A DNA stretch of 64,000 nucleotides, taken from NCBI GenBank assembly GCA_963775915.1, contig CAVZKH010000007.1, positions 435,774 to 499,773 of the forward strand. The letters are read 5' to 3'. The first letter of the stretch is position 1, and the number at the start of each line of letters is the position of its first letter. Made by a program: the position numbers and the translations under genes. The DNA is from an uncultured Gemmatimonadaceae bacterium (lineage in GTDB: Bacteria; Gemmatimonadota; Gemmatimonadetes; Gemmatimonadales; Gemmatimonadaceae). The notes beneath the pieces were generated by a model. That model saw nothing but the letters and a program-made list of their open reading frames with translations. It was not told the DNA's origin and did no database searches. Of the stretch, positions 19,057 to 27,614 are shown piece after piece.

Positions 19057-19572
19057 ATCCAGGACACCACCAAGCGCGTGCGGGTCAATCGCCAGATCCG
19101 CATCAGTCCGCTCCGTGTGATCGGGGCCGACGGCTCGCAGTTGGGCATTCTCGAAGTGGACGCCGCCCTCCGCATGGCGGAGGAGCAGGGGTTGGATCTG
19201 GTCGAAGTGGCTCCCACCGCTCGGCCGCCCGTGGTCCGGATCATGGATTACGGGAAGTACAAATTCGAGATGGCGAAGCAGGCCCGCGTGGCGAAGAAGA
19301 AGCAGCACGTGATCGAGCTCAAGGAGGTCAAGTACCGTCCGGGCATCGACGATCACGACTTCGACACCAAGACGCGGCACGCGCGGCGGTTCCTGGAAGA
19401 GAAGAACAAGGTCAAGGTGACCATGATGTTCCGTGGCCGCCAGGTGACGCACCCCGAGCTCGGTCAGGCCGTGCTCGAACGCGTCGCCACCTCCCTCGCC
19501 GACATCGGCAAGATCGAGAGCGCCGGGAGACTGGAAGGGAAGTCGATGACGATGATCCTCACGCCGAAATAA
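19057..19572 (+). CDS. infC: Translation initiation factor IF-3 (probable non-canonical ATC start)
   Basis: [23 protein letters not shown]...LDLVEV...[15 protein letters not shown]. The ORF track starts at GTG 19018, but that codon sits in the loop of the leader hairpin. GAGG (19045-48) lies 8 nt before the in-frame ATC at 19057. Confidence 0.85.
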   Translation: MQDTTKRVRVNRQIRISPLRVIGADGSQLGILEVDAALRMAEEQGLDLVEVAPTARPPVVRIMDYGKYKFEMAKQARVAKKKQHVIELKEVKYRPGIDDHDFDTKTRHARRFLEEKNKVKVTMMFRGRQVTHPELGQAVLERVATSLADIGKIESAGRLEGKSMTMILTPK

Positions 19573-19583
19573 GCGAGCAGGCC

Positions 19584-19781
19584 ATGCCAAAGATGAAAAC
19601 GCACCGGGGTGCTGCGAAGCGGTTCAGCATGACCGGCAGCGGCAAGATCAAGCGCAACAAGGCTCACAAGAGCCACATTCTCACGAAGAAGACGTCCAAG
19701 CGGAAGCGCCGTCTTCGCCAGGCGGGGCTCATTGCCACGAATGGCGAGAAGAAGCGAATCAAGCGCCTGCTGCAGGCGTAA
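19584..19781 (+). CDS. rpmI: 50S ribosomal protein L35
   Basis: 65 aa; [36 protein letters not shown]. Confidence 0.93.
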   Translation: MPKMKTHRGAAKRFSMTGSGKIKRNKAHKSHILTKKTSKRKRRLRQAGLIATNGEKKRIKRLLQA

Positions 19782-19793
19782 GGAGAGAGACCA

Positions 19794-20156
19794 ATGCCTC
19801 GCGCCGTATCCAACGTTCCGCGCCTCAAGCGCAAGAAGCAGATCCTCAAGGCCGCCCGTGGCGGCTTCGGGGCCCGCAGCAAGCTCTGGAAAGCCGCCAA
19901 GGAAAACGTCGAGCGCGGCTGGAAGTATGCGTACCGCGACCGGAAGAACAAGAAGCGCGACTTCCGCCGCCTGTGGATCACCCGCATCAACGCGGGTGCG
20001 CACCAGCACGAGCTGACCTATGCCACCTTCATCAACGGACTGAAGAAGGCCGGCATCGAAGTCAACCGGAAGATGCTCGCCGACCTCGCCGTGCACGACC
20101 CGGCGGCGTTTGCGGCTCTCGCCGACAAGGCGCGCTCCGCGTTGAACGCAGCGTAA
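19794..20156 (+). CDS. rplT: 50S ribosomal protein L20
   Basis: 120 aa; MPRAVSNVPRLKRKKQILKAARGGFGARSKLWKAAKE...FRRLWITRINA. Confidence 0.95.
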   Translation: MPRAVSNVPRLKRKKQILKAARGGFGARSKLWKAAKENVERGWKYAYRDRKNKKRDFRRLWITRINAGAHQHELTYATFINGLKKAGIEVNRKMLADLAVHDPAAFAALADKARSALNAA

Positions 20157-20177
20157 GTTGTAGTCCTGCGACTCCAC

Positions 20178-20220
20178 GGCGGCAGCGCGACCTCGGGTCT
20201 CGCTGCCGCCGTTTTCGTCG
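20178..20220 (+). terminator. Rho-independent terminator after rplT
   Basis: GGCGGCAGCG (20178-87) pairs with CGCTGCCGCC (20201-10), followed by GTTTTCGTCG. Confidence 0.6.
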
Positions 20221-20241
20221 CACCAGCCTCCGCTTTCTCCC

Positions 20242-21291
20242 ATGCGCCTTCCCGAAAAGCCCACGCTCCGCGACTACGCCGACCAGATCGACCGCATGGC
20301 GGCCGCCGGCCTCGCCGCCATCGGCGACGCCGCCGGCCTCGACGCGCTCGAGTCCGCCCGCGTCGCCTTCCTCGGCGACCGCCGCGGCGAGATCCTGGAG
20401 TTCCAGCGCGCCCTCGGCGTCCTGACGAAGGAGGAGAAGCCGGAGGCCGGCAAGCTCTTCAACACCGTCAAGCGGCAGCTAGAAGCGGCGCTTGCCGAGC
20501 GCCACGCCGAACTCGCGCGCGCCACCGCCGCCTACACGCCGCCCGCCGATCCCACCATGCCGGCGCGCCGCGACTGGCAGGGCGCCAAGCACCCGGTCAC
20601 CCTCGTCATCGAGGAGATCGCGGCCATCTTCCGCGAGCTCGGCTTCACCATCGCCCTCGGGCCCGAAGTCGAAACGGAGTGGTACAACTTCGGGGCGCTC
20701 AACTTCCCGCCCAACCATCCGGCGATGGACATGCACGACACGCTGTACGTGCAGGACGACGTGCTGCTGCGCACGCACACCTCGCCCGTGCAGGTGCGCA
20801 CGCTCCAGCGCTACGCGCCCCCCATCCGGATCCTCGCCCCCGGCAACGTGTACCGCCGCGACTTCTTCGACGCGTCGCACGCGCCGATGTTCGCCCAGAT
20901 CGAAGGCCTGTGCGTGGACGAGGGCGTCAGCTTCGTCGACCTCAAGGCCACCCTCGGCCACTTCGCCCAGCAGTTCTTCGGCACCGCACGCTCGCGCTTC
21001 CGCCCGAGCTTCTTCCCGTTCACCGAACCGTCGGCCGAGATGGACATCGAATGCCAGCTCTGCCACGGCGCCGGCTGCGCCGCCTGCAAGGGCACCGGCT
21101 GGATGGAAATCCTCGGCTCGGGGATGGTGCACCCGGCGGTGCTCGACGCCGCCGGCGTGGACAGCGAGAAGTACACCGGCTGGGCCTTCGGCATGGGCCC
21201 CGCCCGCATCGCCCAGCAGCGCTACGGCGTGGGCGACATCCGCGTGTTCTACGATTCCGACGTCCGCTTCCTGGAGCAGATCGCCGAATGA
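20242..21291 (+). CDS. pheS: Phenylalanine--tRNA ligase alpha subunit
   Basis: 349 aa. HPAMDMHDTLY, LRTHTSPVQVR, FRPSFFPFTEPSAEMD, GSGMVHP. Confidence 0.95.
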   Translation: MRLPEKPTLRDYADQIDRMAAAGLAAIGDAAGLDALESARVAFLGDRRGEILEFQRALGVLTKEEKPEAGKLFNTVKRQLEAALAERHAELARATAAYTPPADPTMPARRDWQGAKHPVTLVIEEIAAIFRELGFTIALGPEVETEWYNFGALNFPPNHPAMDMHDTLYVQDDVLLRTHTSPVQVRTLQRYAPPIRILAPGNVYRRDFFDASHAPMFAQIEGLCVDEGVSFVDLKATLGHFAQQFFGTARSRFRPSFFPFTEPSAEMDIECQLCHGAGCAACKGTGWMEILGSGMVHPAVLDAAGVDSEKYTGWAFGMGPARIAQQRYGVGDIRVFYDSDVRFLEQIAE

Positions 21292-23729
21292 ACGTGTCGT
21301 ATGAGTGGCTGCGGGCGTTCGTGCCCTTCGACGAGACGCCGCCCCAGCTCCGAGATCTGATCACCGCCCGCGTGGCCACCGTCGACGACCTCGTCCCGCT
21401 GCGGCGGGACCTGGCCGAGATCGTCGTCGCCCGCGTGGTCGAGGAGGCGCCGCACCCCGACTCCGACCACCTGCACGTCACCCGCGTGGACGACGGCAGC
21501 GGCGTCCTGCTCGACGTGGTCTGCGGCGCCGCCAACGTGACGGCCGGCAAGCTCTATCCGTTCGCGCGCACCGGCACGGTCATTCCCACGGGCCTCAAGC
21601 TCGAGAAGCGGAAGATCCGCGGCCACGTGTCCGACGGCATGCTCTGCTCGGCGAGGGAACTCAAGCTGGGCGATGACCACGAAGGCATCATGGAGCTCAC
21701 CGTGGACGTGCCGCCCGGCACGCCGCTGCTCCAAGCGCTGCCGCTCGGCGACACGCAGCTGGTGATCGACGTGCTCCCCAACCGCCCCGATCTGCTCTCG
21801 CACCTGGGCGTGGCGCGCGAGGTGGCCGCCGCTACCGGCAAGCCGCTGGCGCTTCCCGGCATCGCCGGCCAGGCGCCGTCGTGGGAGGAGCGCCCGCACG
21901 TCGCCGGCGAGGGGGACACCGCCGGCGTCCGCGTGCGCGTGGACGACCCCGCGCTGGCCCCGCGCTACATGGGCCTCGTGATCCGCGGCGTGAAGGTGGG
22001 GCCGAGCCCCGAATGGCTGGTGCGGCGGCTGGAAAGCGTGGGCGCCCGGTCGATCAACAACGTCGTCGACGCCAGCAACTACATCCTCCATGAGATCGGC
22101 CAGCCCACGCACGCCTTCGACCTCGCCAGGCTCGACGGCGGCACGGTGGTGGTGCGCTCGGCCCGGCGCGGCGAGAAGATCGTGACGCTCGACGGCGCGG
22201 AGCGCGTGCTCGACGAGTCGGTGACCGTGATCGCCGACGCCAAGCGGCCGCACGCCATTGCCGGCGTCATGGGCGGGCGCGACAGCGAAGTCACCGACGC
22301 GACCACCGACCTGTTTCTCGAGGTGGCGGTGTTCGACCCGGCGCGCACGCGCGCGGGGCGCCGGCGCGTCGGCTTGAGCACGGACGCGAGCTACCGCTTC
22401 GAGCGCGGCGTCGACTTCGGGCTGCCGCCGATGGCGCTGGAGCGGCTGGCGCGGATCATCCTCGCCGTGGCCGGGGGCCAGGTCGCCGGCCCGCCGGTGG
22501 ACGTCATGGCCTCGGTGCCGATGCCGCGCGTGGTCACGCTGCGGTCGCCGCGCGCCTCCAAGGTGCTCGGCGCGCACCTGCCGAGCGACGACATGGCCGC
22601 GATGCTCACCGGCATCGGGTTCACCGTGGACCTCAATGAAGCGGGGGGCGAACTGAAGGTCATCGTCCCCTCGTGGCGGTCGGATGTGGTGGCCGAGGTG
22701 GATCTGATCGAGGAGGTCGCGCGGCTGCGCGGCTACGACTGGTTCCCGACGGCGATCAACCCGTTCCGGCCCGGCAGTTCGCCCGACGACCCGGTATGGC
22801 TGCAGTCGGCGCGGGTGCGCGAGGCGCTGGTGTCCCTGGGGCTGCTCGAGGCGCGGCCGATGCCGTTCACGGCCGGCGACGGCGACCACACGCGCTACGT
22901 CCGCGTCGCCAATCCGCTGGCCGAGGACGAGCCGTATCTGCGCCGCGACATTCTGGACACGCTGGCCCGGCGCGCCGAGGACAATCTGGCGCACATGCAG
23001 GGCGACGTGCGGCTGTTCGAGATCGGGTCGGTGTTCGAGCCGGCCGATGGGGCGATGCCGCGCGAGATCGTGCGCGCGGGCGTGCTGGTGATGGGCCGGC
23101 GGTACCCGGAGCACTTCGCGGGGCCGGCGGCGCAGGCCTTCGACCCCTGGGACGCCAAGGGCATCGCCGAGCGGGCCGCGCGCGCCGCGCACCCGGGGGC
23201 GAATATCGAGCTGGCGCCGGCCGGCGGCGACTGGCTCTGGCGCGTGACGGCCGGCGGCCGCGACGTGGGCGGTGTGCGCCAGTTGCCGCTCGACGCGCCG
23301 GTGTGGGCCGCGGAGGCGTTCGGCGTCGAGATCGAGCTGGCGCCGATGCCGAACGCGGCGCCGGCCCCGCGGGGGGAGAACGCCCACGGCGCGGCGCCGC
23401 CGGTTCCCTCGCGTGCGTGGCCGCGCTACGTGCCGCTCCCCACGACGCCCGCCGCCGAGTTCGACCTCGCGCTCGTGGTGCCCCAGGAGGTGTCGGCCGC
23501 CGCGGTGGAGGCGTCGATCCGGGCCACGGCGGGCGAACTGCTGGAACGCCTGCGGCTGTTCGACGAGTATACGGGGAAGGGTATTCCCGACGGCACGCGC
23601 AGCCTGGCCTGGCGGTTGACCTTCCGCCATCCGGAGCGCACTCTACGCGACAAGGAAATCGAGGGTCGGCGCGCCAAGATCCTCGCCGTTCTCGACAAGG
23701 AGCTCAATGTCCGACCGCGAACAAGCTGA
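21288..23729 (+). CDS. pheT: Phenylalanine--tRNA ligase beta subunit
   Basis: ATG at 21288 (ATGA overlap with pheS); 813 aa. MNVSYEWLRAFV, tRNA-binding domain, B3/4, B5 and FDX-ACB-like C-terminus. Confidence 0.93.
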   Translation: MNVSYEWLRAFVPFDETPPQLRDLITARVATVDDLVPLRRDLAEIVVARVVEEAPHPDSDHLHVTRVDDGSGVLLDVVCGAANVTAGKLYPFARTGTVIPTGLKLEKRKIRGHVSDGMLCSARELKLGDDHEGIMELTVDVPPGTPLLQALPLGDTQLVIDVLPNRPDLLSHLGVAREVAAATGKPLALPGIAGQAPSWEERPHVAGEGDTAGVRVRVDDPALAPRYMGLVIRGVKVGPSPEWLVRRLESVGARSINNVVDASNYILHEIGQPTHAFDLARLDGGTVVVRSARRGEKIVTLDGAERVLDESVTVIADAKRPHAIAGVMGGRDSEVTDATTDLFLEVAVFDPARTRAGRRRVGLSTDASYRFERGVDFGLPPMALERLARIILAVAGGQVAGPPVDVMASVPMPRVVTLRSPRASKVLGAHLPSDDMAAMLTGIGFTVDLNEAGGELKVIVPSWRSDVVAEVDLIEEVARLRGYDWFPTAINPFRPGSSPDDPVWLQSARVREALVSLGLLEARPMPFTAGDGDHTRYVRVANPLAEDEPYLRRDILDTLARRAEDNLAHMQGDVRLFEIGSVFEPADGAMPREIVRAGVLVMGRRYPEHFAGPAAQAFDPWDAKGIAERAARAAHPGANIELAPAGGDWLWRVTAGGRDVGGVRQLPLDAPVWAAEAFGVEIELAPMPNAAPAPRGENAHGAAPPVPSRAWPRYVPLPTTPAAEFDLALVVPQEVSAAAVEASIRATAGELLERLRLFDEYTGKGIPDGTRSLAWRLTFRHPERTLRDKEIEGRRAKILAVLDKELNVRPRTS

Positions 23730-24012
23730 CGCCGCGGCGTTCCGCGACCTCGAAGCGCTGGTGCGCAACCTGGGCGACGAGCTGGCGTCGATGCGCCGCC
23801 GGGCGCTGCTGGCCGAGGCACGCCTGAAGGAACTGGAATCGACCGGCAGCGACGGGCCGGTGCAGCCGCGGCTCGCCGACCGCATCGCGCGGCTGGAGCG
23901 CGAGAACGGGCAGCTGCGCGAACGGCTGGACAAGGCCAGGGAGCGCTCGAAGGTGATGCTCGACCGCGTCCACTTCCTGCGCCAGCAGGCGCAGACCCGG
24001 GGTGAGCGATGA
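23707..24012 (+). CDS. Small coiled-coil protein (ZapB-like position; function not established)
   Basis: 101 aa, heptad-rich (LEALVRNLGDELASMRRRALLAEARLKELE...). ATGA-coupled to zapA. Overlaps the pheT 3' end by 23 nt, so the start is uncertain. Confidence 0.6.
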   Translation: MSDREQADAAAFRDLEALVRNLGDELASMRRRALLAEARLKELESTGSDGPVQPRLADRIARLERENGQLRERLDKARERSKVMLDRVHFLRQQAQTRGER

Positions 24013-24302
24013 CGACGAAGCAGTCGGTGAAGGTTTCGATTCTGGGCGAGGAGTACACGATCCGCAGCGACGTGTCCCCCGAGACCACGAAGGCGATCGC
24101 CAAGTATCTGGACAGCGCGATTCGCGAAGTGATGCACGGGGGCAAGGTGCTCGACACTCAGCGGGCGTCGATCCTGGCGGCGCTGCAGATCACGAACGAA
24201 CTGTTCGAAGCGCGCGAGAGCGCGCAGCACGTGGCGGAGTCGATGACGGCTCTCAGCGCCGACGTGCGCCGGTGGCTCCCGCCGGCCAAGCGCGGGGCAT
24301 AA
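24009..24302 (+). CDS. zapA: Cell division protein ZapA
   Basis: 97 aa. VKVSILGEEYTIRSD...AKYLDSAIREV...RASILAALQITNELF is typical of ZapA, and it lies downstream of pheST as in many bacteria. Confidence 0.85.
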   Translation: MTTKQSVKVSILGEEYTIRSDVSPETTKAIAKYLDSAIREVMHGGKVLDTQRASILAALQITNELFEARESAQHVAESMTALSADVRRWLPPAKRGA

Positions 24303-24372
24303 CCGGCACCGCCGGCCCGACGTCGGCGCACGCAGGCGGCAAACCCCACCCCCTGTTTCCCAGAGGTGGAGG

Positions 24373-25179
24373 ATGACTTCCGTTTTCGCGGCACTGCAGG
24401 CCGGCGCGCCCGCTCCAGGCGCCGGGTTCCTGGAATACCTGACCACGATCACGACCATCGGCGTGATCACGATGGCCCTGATCCAGACGGCCAAGGACAT
24501 GCTGCCCATCCGGCGGTGGTTCCAGGGCGCGCGGTTCCGCACCTGGCTCCGGCAGGGCATCGAGGAGGCGCGGGCCGACGACCGGATCGCCGCGCTCGCC
24601 GGCGTGGCGGCCGGGTCGCGTCCGGCGTTCCAGGCCGGCGCGCGCCCCGTCGCGGACGTCGCGGCCGCGGAGACGCGCATCGTGACGCTGGCCACCGACG
24701 GAGACGCGGACGCTCTCTACGACCTGCCCATCGAGCAGATGTGCGGGCAGATCAACGCCGCCATGCAGGTGGTGCTGGAGTACCCGTGGCGCCCCCAGAA
24801 CGTGAACGTCGTCGCCATCGTGGCCTCGCAGTCGGCCCCGGAGGATCTCGCGACCATGTTCCGGTTTGGCGCCCCCGATCCGGCCGCGCGGCCGGGCGTG
24901 AACGACTACAACGAGGCGAAGACGCGCGTCATGCACCAGTTCCAGCGCGCCATCGACGCCTTCCAGATCGCGGTCAACTACCGGTGGAAGCTGGCCATGC
25001 AGATCGCGTCGCTGGTGCTCTGCGGCGTGCTGACGTTCGTGGCCATGGAGATGCGCTTCCACGTGGGCGTGAGCTACGTCGGCTCGGCGGGCGCCGTCGT
25101 GGTCGGCGCCGTCCTGGCCGGCTTCCTGGCGCCCGTGGCCCGCGATCTCACCGCGGCCGTCCAGAACTTGAGGAAATAG
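24373..25179 (+). CDS. Hypothetical membrane protein (one N-terminal and two C-terminal TM helices, ~160-aa soluble middle)
   Basis: 268 aa with good GC3. TM candidates FLEYLTTITTIGVITMALIQTA, WKLAMQIASLVLCGVLTFVAM and VGSAGAVVVGAVLAGFLAPVA. SD GGTGGAGG precedes the ATG. No family recognised. Confidence 0.7.
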   Translation: MTSVFAALQAGAPAPGAGFLEYLTTITTIGVITMALIQTAKDMLPIRRWFQGARFRTWLRQGIEEARADDRIAALAGVAAGSRPAFQAGARPVADVAAAETRIVTLATDGDADALYDLPIEQMCGQINAAMQVVLEYPWRPQNVNVVAIVASQSAPEDLATMFRFGAPDPAARPGVNDYNEAKTRVMHQFQRAIDAFQIAVNYRWKLAMQIASLVLCGVLTFVAMEMRFHVGVSYVGSAGAVVVGAVLAGFLAPVARDLTAAVQNLRK

Positions 25180-25181
25180 TG

Positions 25182-26075
25182 ATGGCCCTACCGCTGCCCG
25201 AGATCAGTGTCCGCCTGCCGGGGCGCGACGCCGGCGGTCCCGCCGTCCCCGCCCGCGGCATGCTGCCGCCGGCGGGCGGGGCCGTGTTCCTGCTGGTGCA
25301 CGGCTACGCGAATTCGGCCAGCGACGCCCGCGAGTCGTGGAGCGCGTTCCTGGACGATCTCGCGGCCGCGAGGCTCGGTGGTTGGCTGCCGCGGAACCCC
25401 ACCGGCGTGCAGTGGCCGGGCGACGAGCCCATCGTCGGCATCAACCAGGCGTCGTATCCGCTCAAGATCGAGGTGGCCGTCCGGTCGGCGGGGCTCGTCG
25501 CCGACTTCCTCACGGCCGCGGCCCCGGCGTCGGGACCGCGGCTCACGCTCTCCGTGGCCGCCCACTCGCTGGGCTGCCGGCTGGCCGTCGAGCTGCTGCG
25601 GGAGCTGGCGGCGCGGCCGGACCACGGCGTCGTCGTGGACCGCGTGGTGCTGATGGCCGCCGCGGTGCCCACCGGCAGCGTCGACCGGGACGGGCCCCTG
25701 CGCCCCGGCGTGTTCTGGACGCGCGGCGTGCAGGCGCTCTACTCGGCCGGCGACGACGTGCTGCGGTTCGCCTTTCCGATCGGCGAGACGGCCGGCGGCG
25801 ACGGGTTCTTCCCCACCGCCGTTGGGCGGCACGGCGATCCGGGCTCCACGTGGCTGTCGGCGCGGCAGATGAATCACGGCGGCAAGCTCTACGGCCACGG
25901 CGACTACTGGCGGGGGACGGAGTCGGCCGCGGCGGCCGCGGCGTTTCTCGGCATCCCGGTTGCCGCGTCCATTCCCGTCCGCGCGACCGTGGCCAACGAT
26001 CTCGTCGACGGCAACGCCATCGCCGGGCGCGCCATCGGCGCCCGGTCGATCGCGGCGCGGAGTCTGGCCGCATGA
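25182..26075 (+). CDS. Alpha/beta-fold serine hydrolase, DUF900/COG4782-like (unknown substrate)
   Basis: ATG lies 3 nt after the upstream TAG; 297 aa. LLVHGYANS (oxyanion region) and the nucleophile elbow AAHSLG, with later D/H candidates. Family assignment is from memory of the motif pattern. Confidence 0.7.
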   Translation: MALPLPEISVRLPGRDAGGPAVPARGMLPPAGGAVFLLVHGYANSASDARESWSAFLDDLAAARLGGWLPRNPTGVQWPGDEPIVGINQASYPLKIEVAVRSAGLVADFLTAAAPASGPRLTLSVAAHSLGCRLAVELLRELAARPDHGVVVDRVVLMAAAVPTGSVDRDGPLRPGVFWTRGVQALYSAGDDVLRFAFPIGETAGGDGFFPTAVGRHGDPGSTWLSARQMNHGGKLYGHGDYWRGTESAAAAAAFLGIPVAASIPVRATVANDLVDGNAIAGRAIGARSIAARSLAA

Positions 26076-26554
26076 TGCGGCCGGCACGGTGGGTGGGCCT
26101 GGCGGCGGCGCTCGCCGCGTTCGCCGTTCCAGCGGCGCCGGCCGGGGCGCAGCGGGCCCCGTTGGCGCCGCGGCCGAAGATCCGCGCGATGATCTTCTCC
26201 GGCGAGCCGCTCGTGCGCCGCGTCGCGATCGACGACAGCGTGGCGGTGGCCGACCTGCTCGCGTCGGTGCGCGAACCGATGACGGATGCGTCGCGCGACC
26301 TGGACTACCGGCCCTATATCGACGTCGCCCTCTTCGAAGCCGTGCCCACCTCGGCGGCGATGCCGCTGGAGCATGTGCCGCTGGAACGCGCCGACGAGCA
26401 CGCGCGGTTCTACGCCGCCTACGGCGACGAGGCGCCCTTCTGGGTGTTCCTCGACGACGCGCATGAAGCGAGCCCCGTCCGGTACGTGCTCCAGACGGGG
26501 CTCGATCTGCTGCAGCGCCACGGGGTGCCGGTGCGCGCGCGCCCCGGCGGATGA
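26072..26554 (+). CDS. Secreted hypothetical protein
   Basis: ATGA overlap with the upstream gene; 160 aa. Signal peptide MMRPARWVGLAAALAAFAVPAAPAGAQ. No family recognised. Confidence 0.65.
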   Translation: MMRPARWVGLAAALAAFAVPAAPAGAQRAPLAPRPKIRAMIFSGEPLVRRVAIDDSVAVADLLASVREPMTDASRDLDYRPYIDVALFEAVPTSAAMPLEHVPLERADEHARFYAAYGDEAPFWVFLDDAHEASPVRYVLQTGLDLLQRHGVPVRARPGG

Positions 26555-26558
26555 CGCG

Positions 26559-27614
26559 CTACCGGTACTCTTCCATCAGCGCCTGCAGTTTCGCGTTCCC
26601 GGGACACAACTCCTCGTAGGGCAGCTCCACCAGCGGTCGGGAGACCGTGCGGTTCATGGCGTGCATGTCGCGGCTGCGCTCGTCGATGTAGAGCAGGCCG
26701 GTCACGATCTCGCCCTTCCGTTCGTGCTCGCGCACGTGCTCGTAGGCGCCGTCGCGATTGGTGGGGTCGTAGGCCTCGCCCGTCTTGCGGAAGCGCACCA
26801 CGCTCCCGTCGTGCATCGTCACCGACATCGCGTCGCCGGCCGACTTGGGCGCCCGGATCTCGCGGCGCACGGGCACGAAGTCCACCGGCGCCAGCGCCTC
26901 GTAGTGCTCCCGCGTGTAGCGGTAGCTCTTGGTGGAGCCCACGTGGTCGTTGAAGCTGACGCAGGGCGAGATGACGTCGATGAAGCCGAACCCGTTGTGG
27001 CGGAGCCCGGCCTTGAGCAGCGGCACCAGCTGCTCCTTGTCGCCCGAGAACCCGCGGGCCACGAAGGTGGCGCCCAGGCTCAGCGCCAGCAGCACCGGAT
27101 CGATCGGCGGCATCTCGTTCGCCTCGCCCTTCTTGGACGTCGAGCCCACGTCCGCGGACGCCGAGAACTGCCCCTTGGTGAGGCCGTACACGCCGTTGTT
27201 CTCGAGCACGTACAGCATGTTCACGTTGCGGCGGATGGCGTGGCAGAACTGGCCGAGCCCGATAGACAGGGAGTCGCCGTCCCCGGAGATGCCGATGTAC
27301 GTGAGCGCGCCGTTGGCCGCGTTGGCGCCGGTGGTGAGCGCGGGCATGCGGCCGTGCACGCCGTTGAAGCCGTGCGACTGGCGCATGAAGTAGGCCGTGG
27401 TCTTCGACGAGCAGCCGATGCCGCTCATCTTCGCGGCGCGGTGCGGCGGCACGTCGAGGTCCCAGAACGCCTGGACGATGGCGGCGGTGATCGAGTCGTG
27501 CCCGCAGCCGGCGCAGAGGGTCGACATCGCGCCCTCGTAGTCGCGCCGCGTGAGCCCGAGGCCGTTCTTGGGCAGCGAGGGGTGGATGACCGGAGGTTTG
27601 GCGATGGACGTCAT
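26559..27614 (-). CDS. korB: 2-oxoacid:ferredoxin oxidoreductase, beta (TPP-binding) subunit
   Basis: 351 aa. CAGCGHDSI, ISGDGDSLSIGLGQ and NNGVYGLTKGQ (TPP motif). Confidence 0.9.
   Translation of the reverse strand: MTSIAKPPVIHPSLPKNGLGLTRRDYEGAMSTLCAGCGHDSITAAIVQAFWDLDVPPHRAAKMSGIGCSSKTTAYFMRQSHGFNGVHGRMPALTTGANAANGALTYIGISGDGDSLSIGLGQFCHAIRRNVNMLYVLENNGVYGLTKGQFSASADVGSTSKKGEANEMPPIDPVLLALSLGATFVARGFSGDKEQLVPLLKAGLRHNGFGFIDVISPCVSFNDHVGSTKSYRYTREHYEALAPVDFVPVRREIRAPKSAGDAMSVTMHDGSVVRFRKTGEAYDPTNRDGAYEHVREHERKGEIVTGLLYIDERSRDMHAMNRTVSRPLVELPYEELCPGNAKLQALMEEYR

Noticed and set aside
24303-24372. 6S RNA (ssrS) downstream of zapA, as in E. coli
   Set aside because: Only 70 nt separate zapA from the next ORF. 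The spacer contains that ORF's SD and has no long bulged hairpin.
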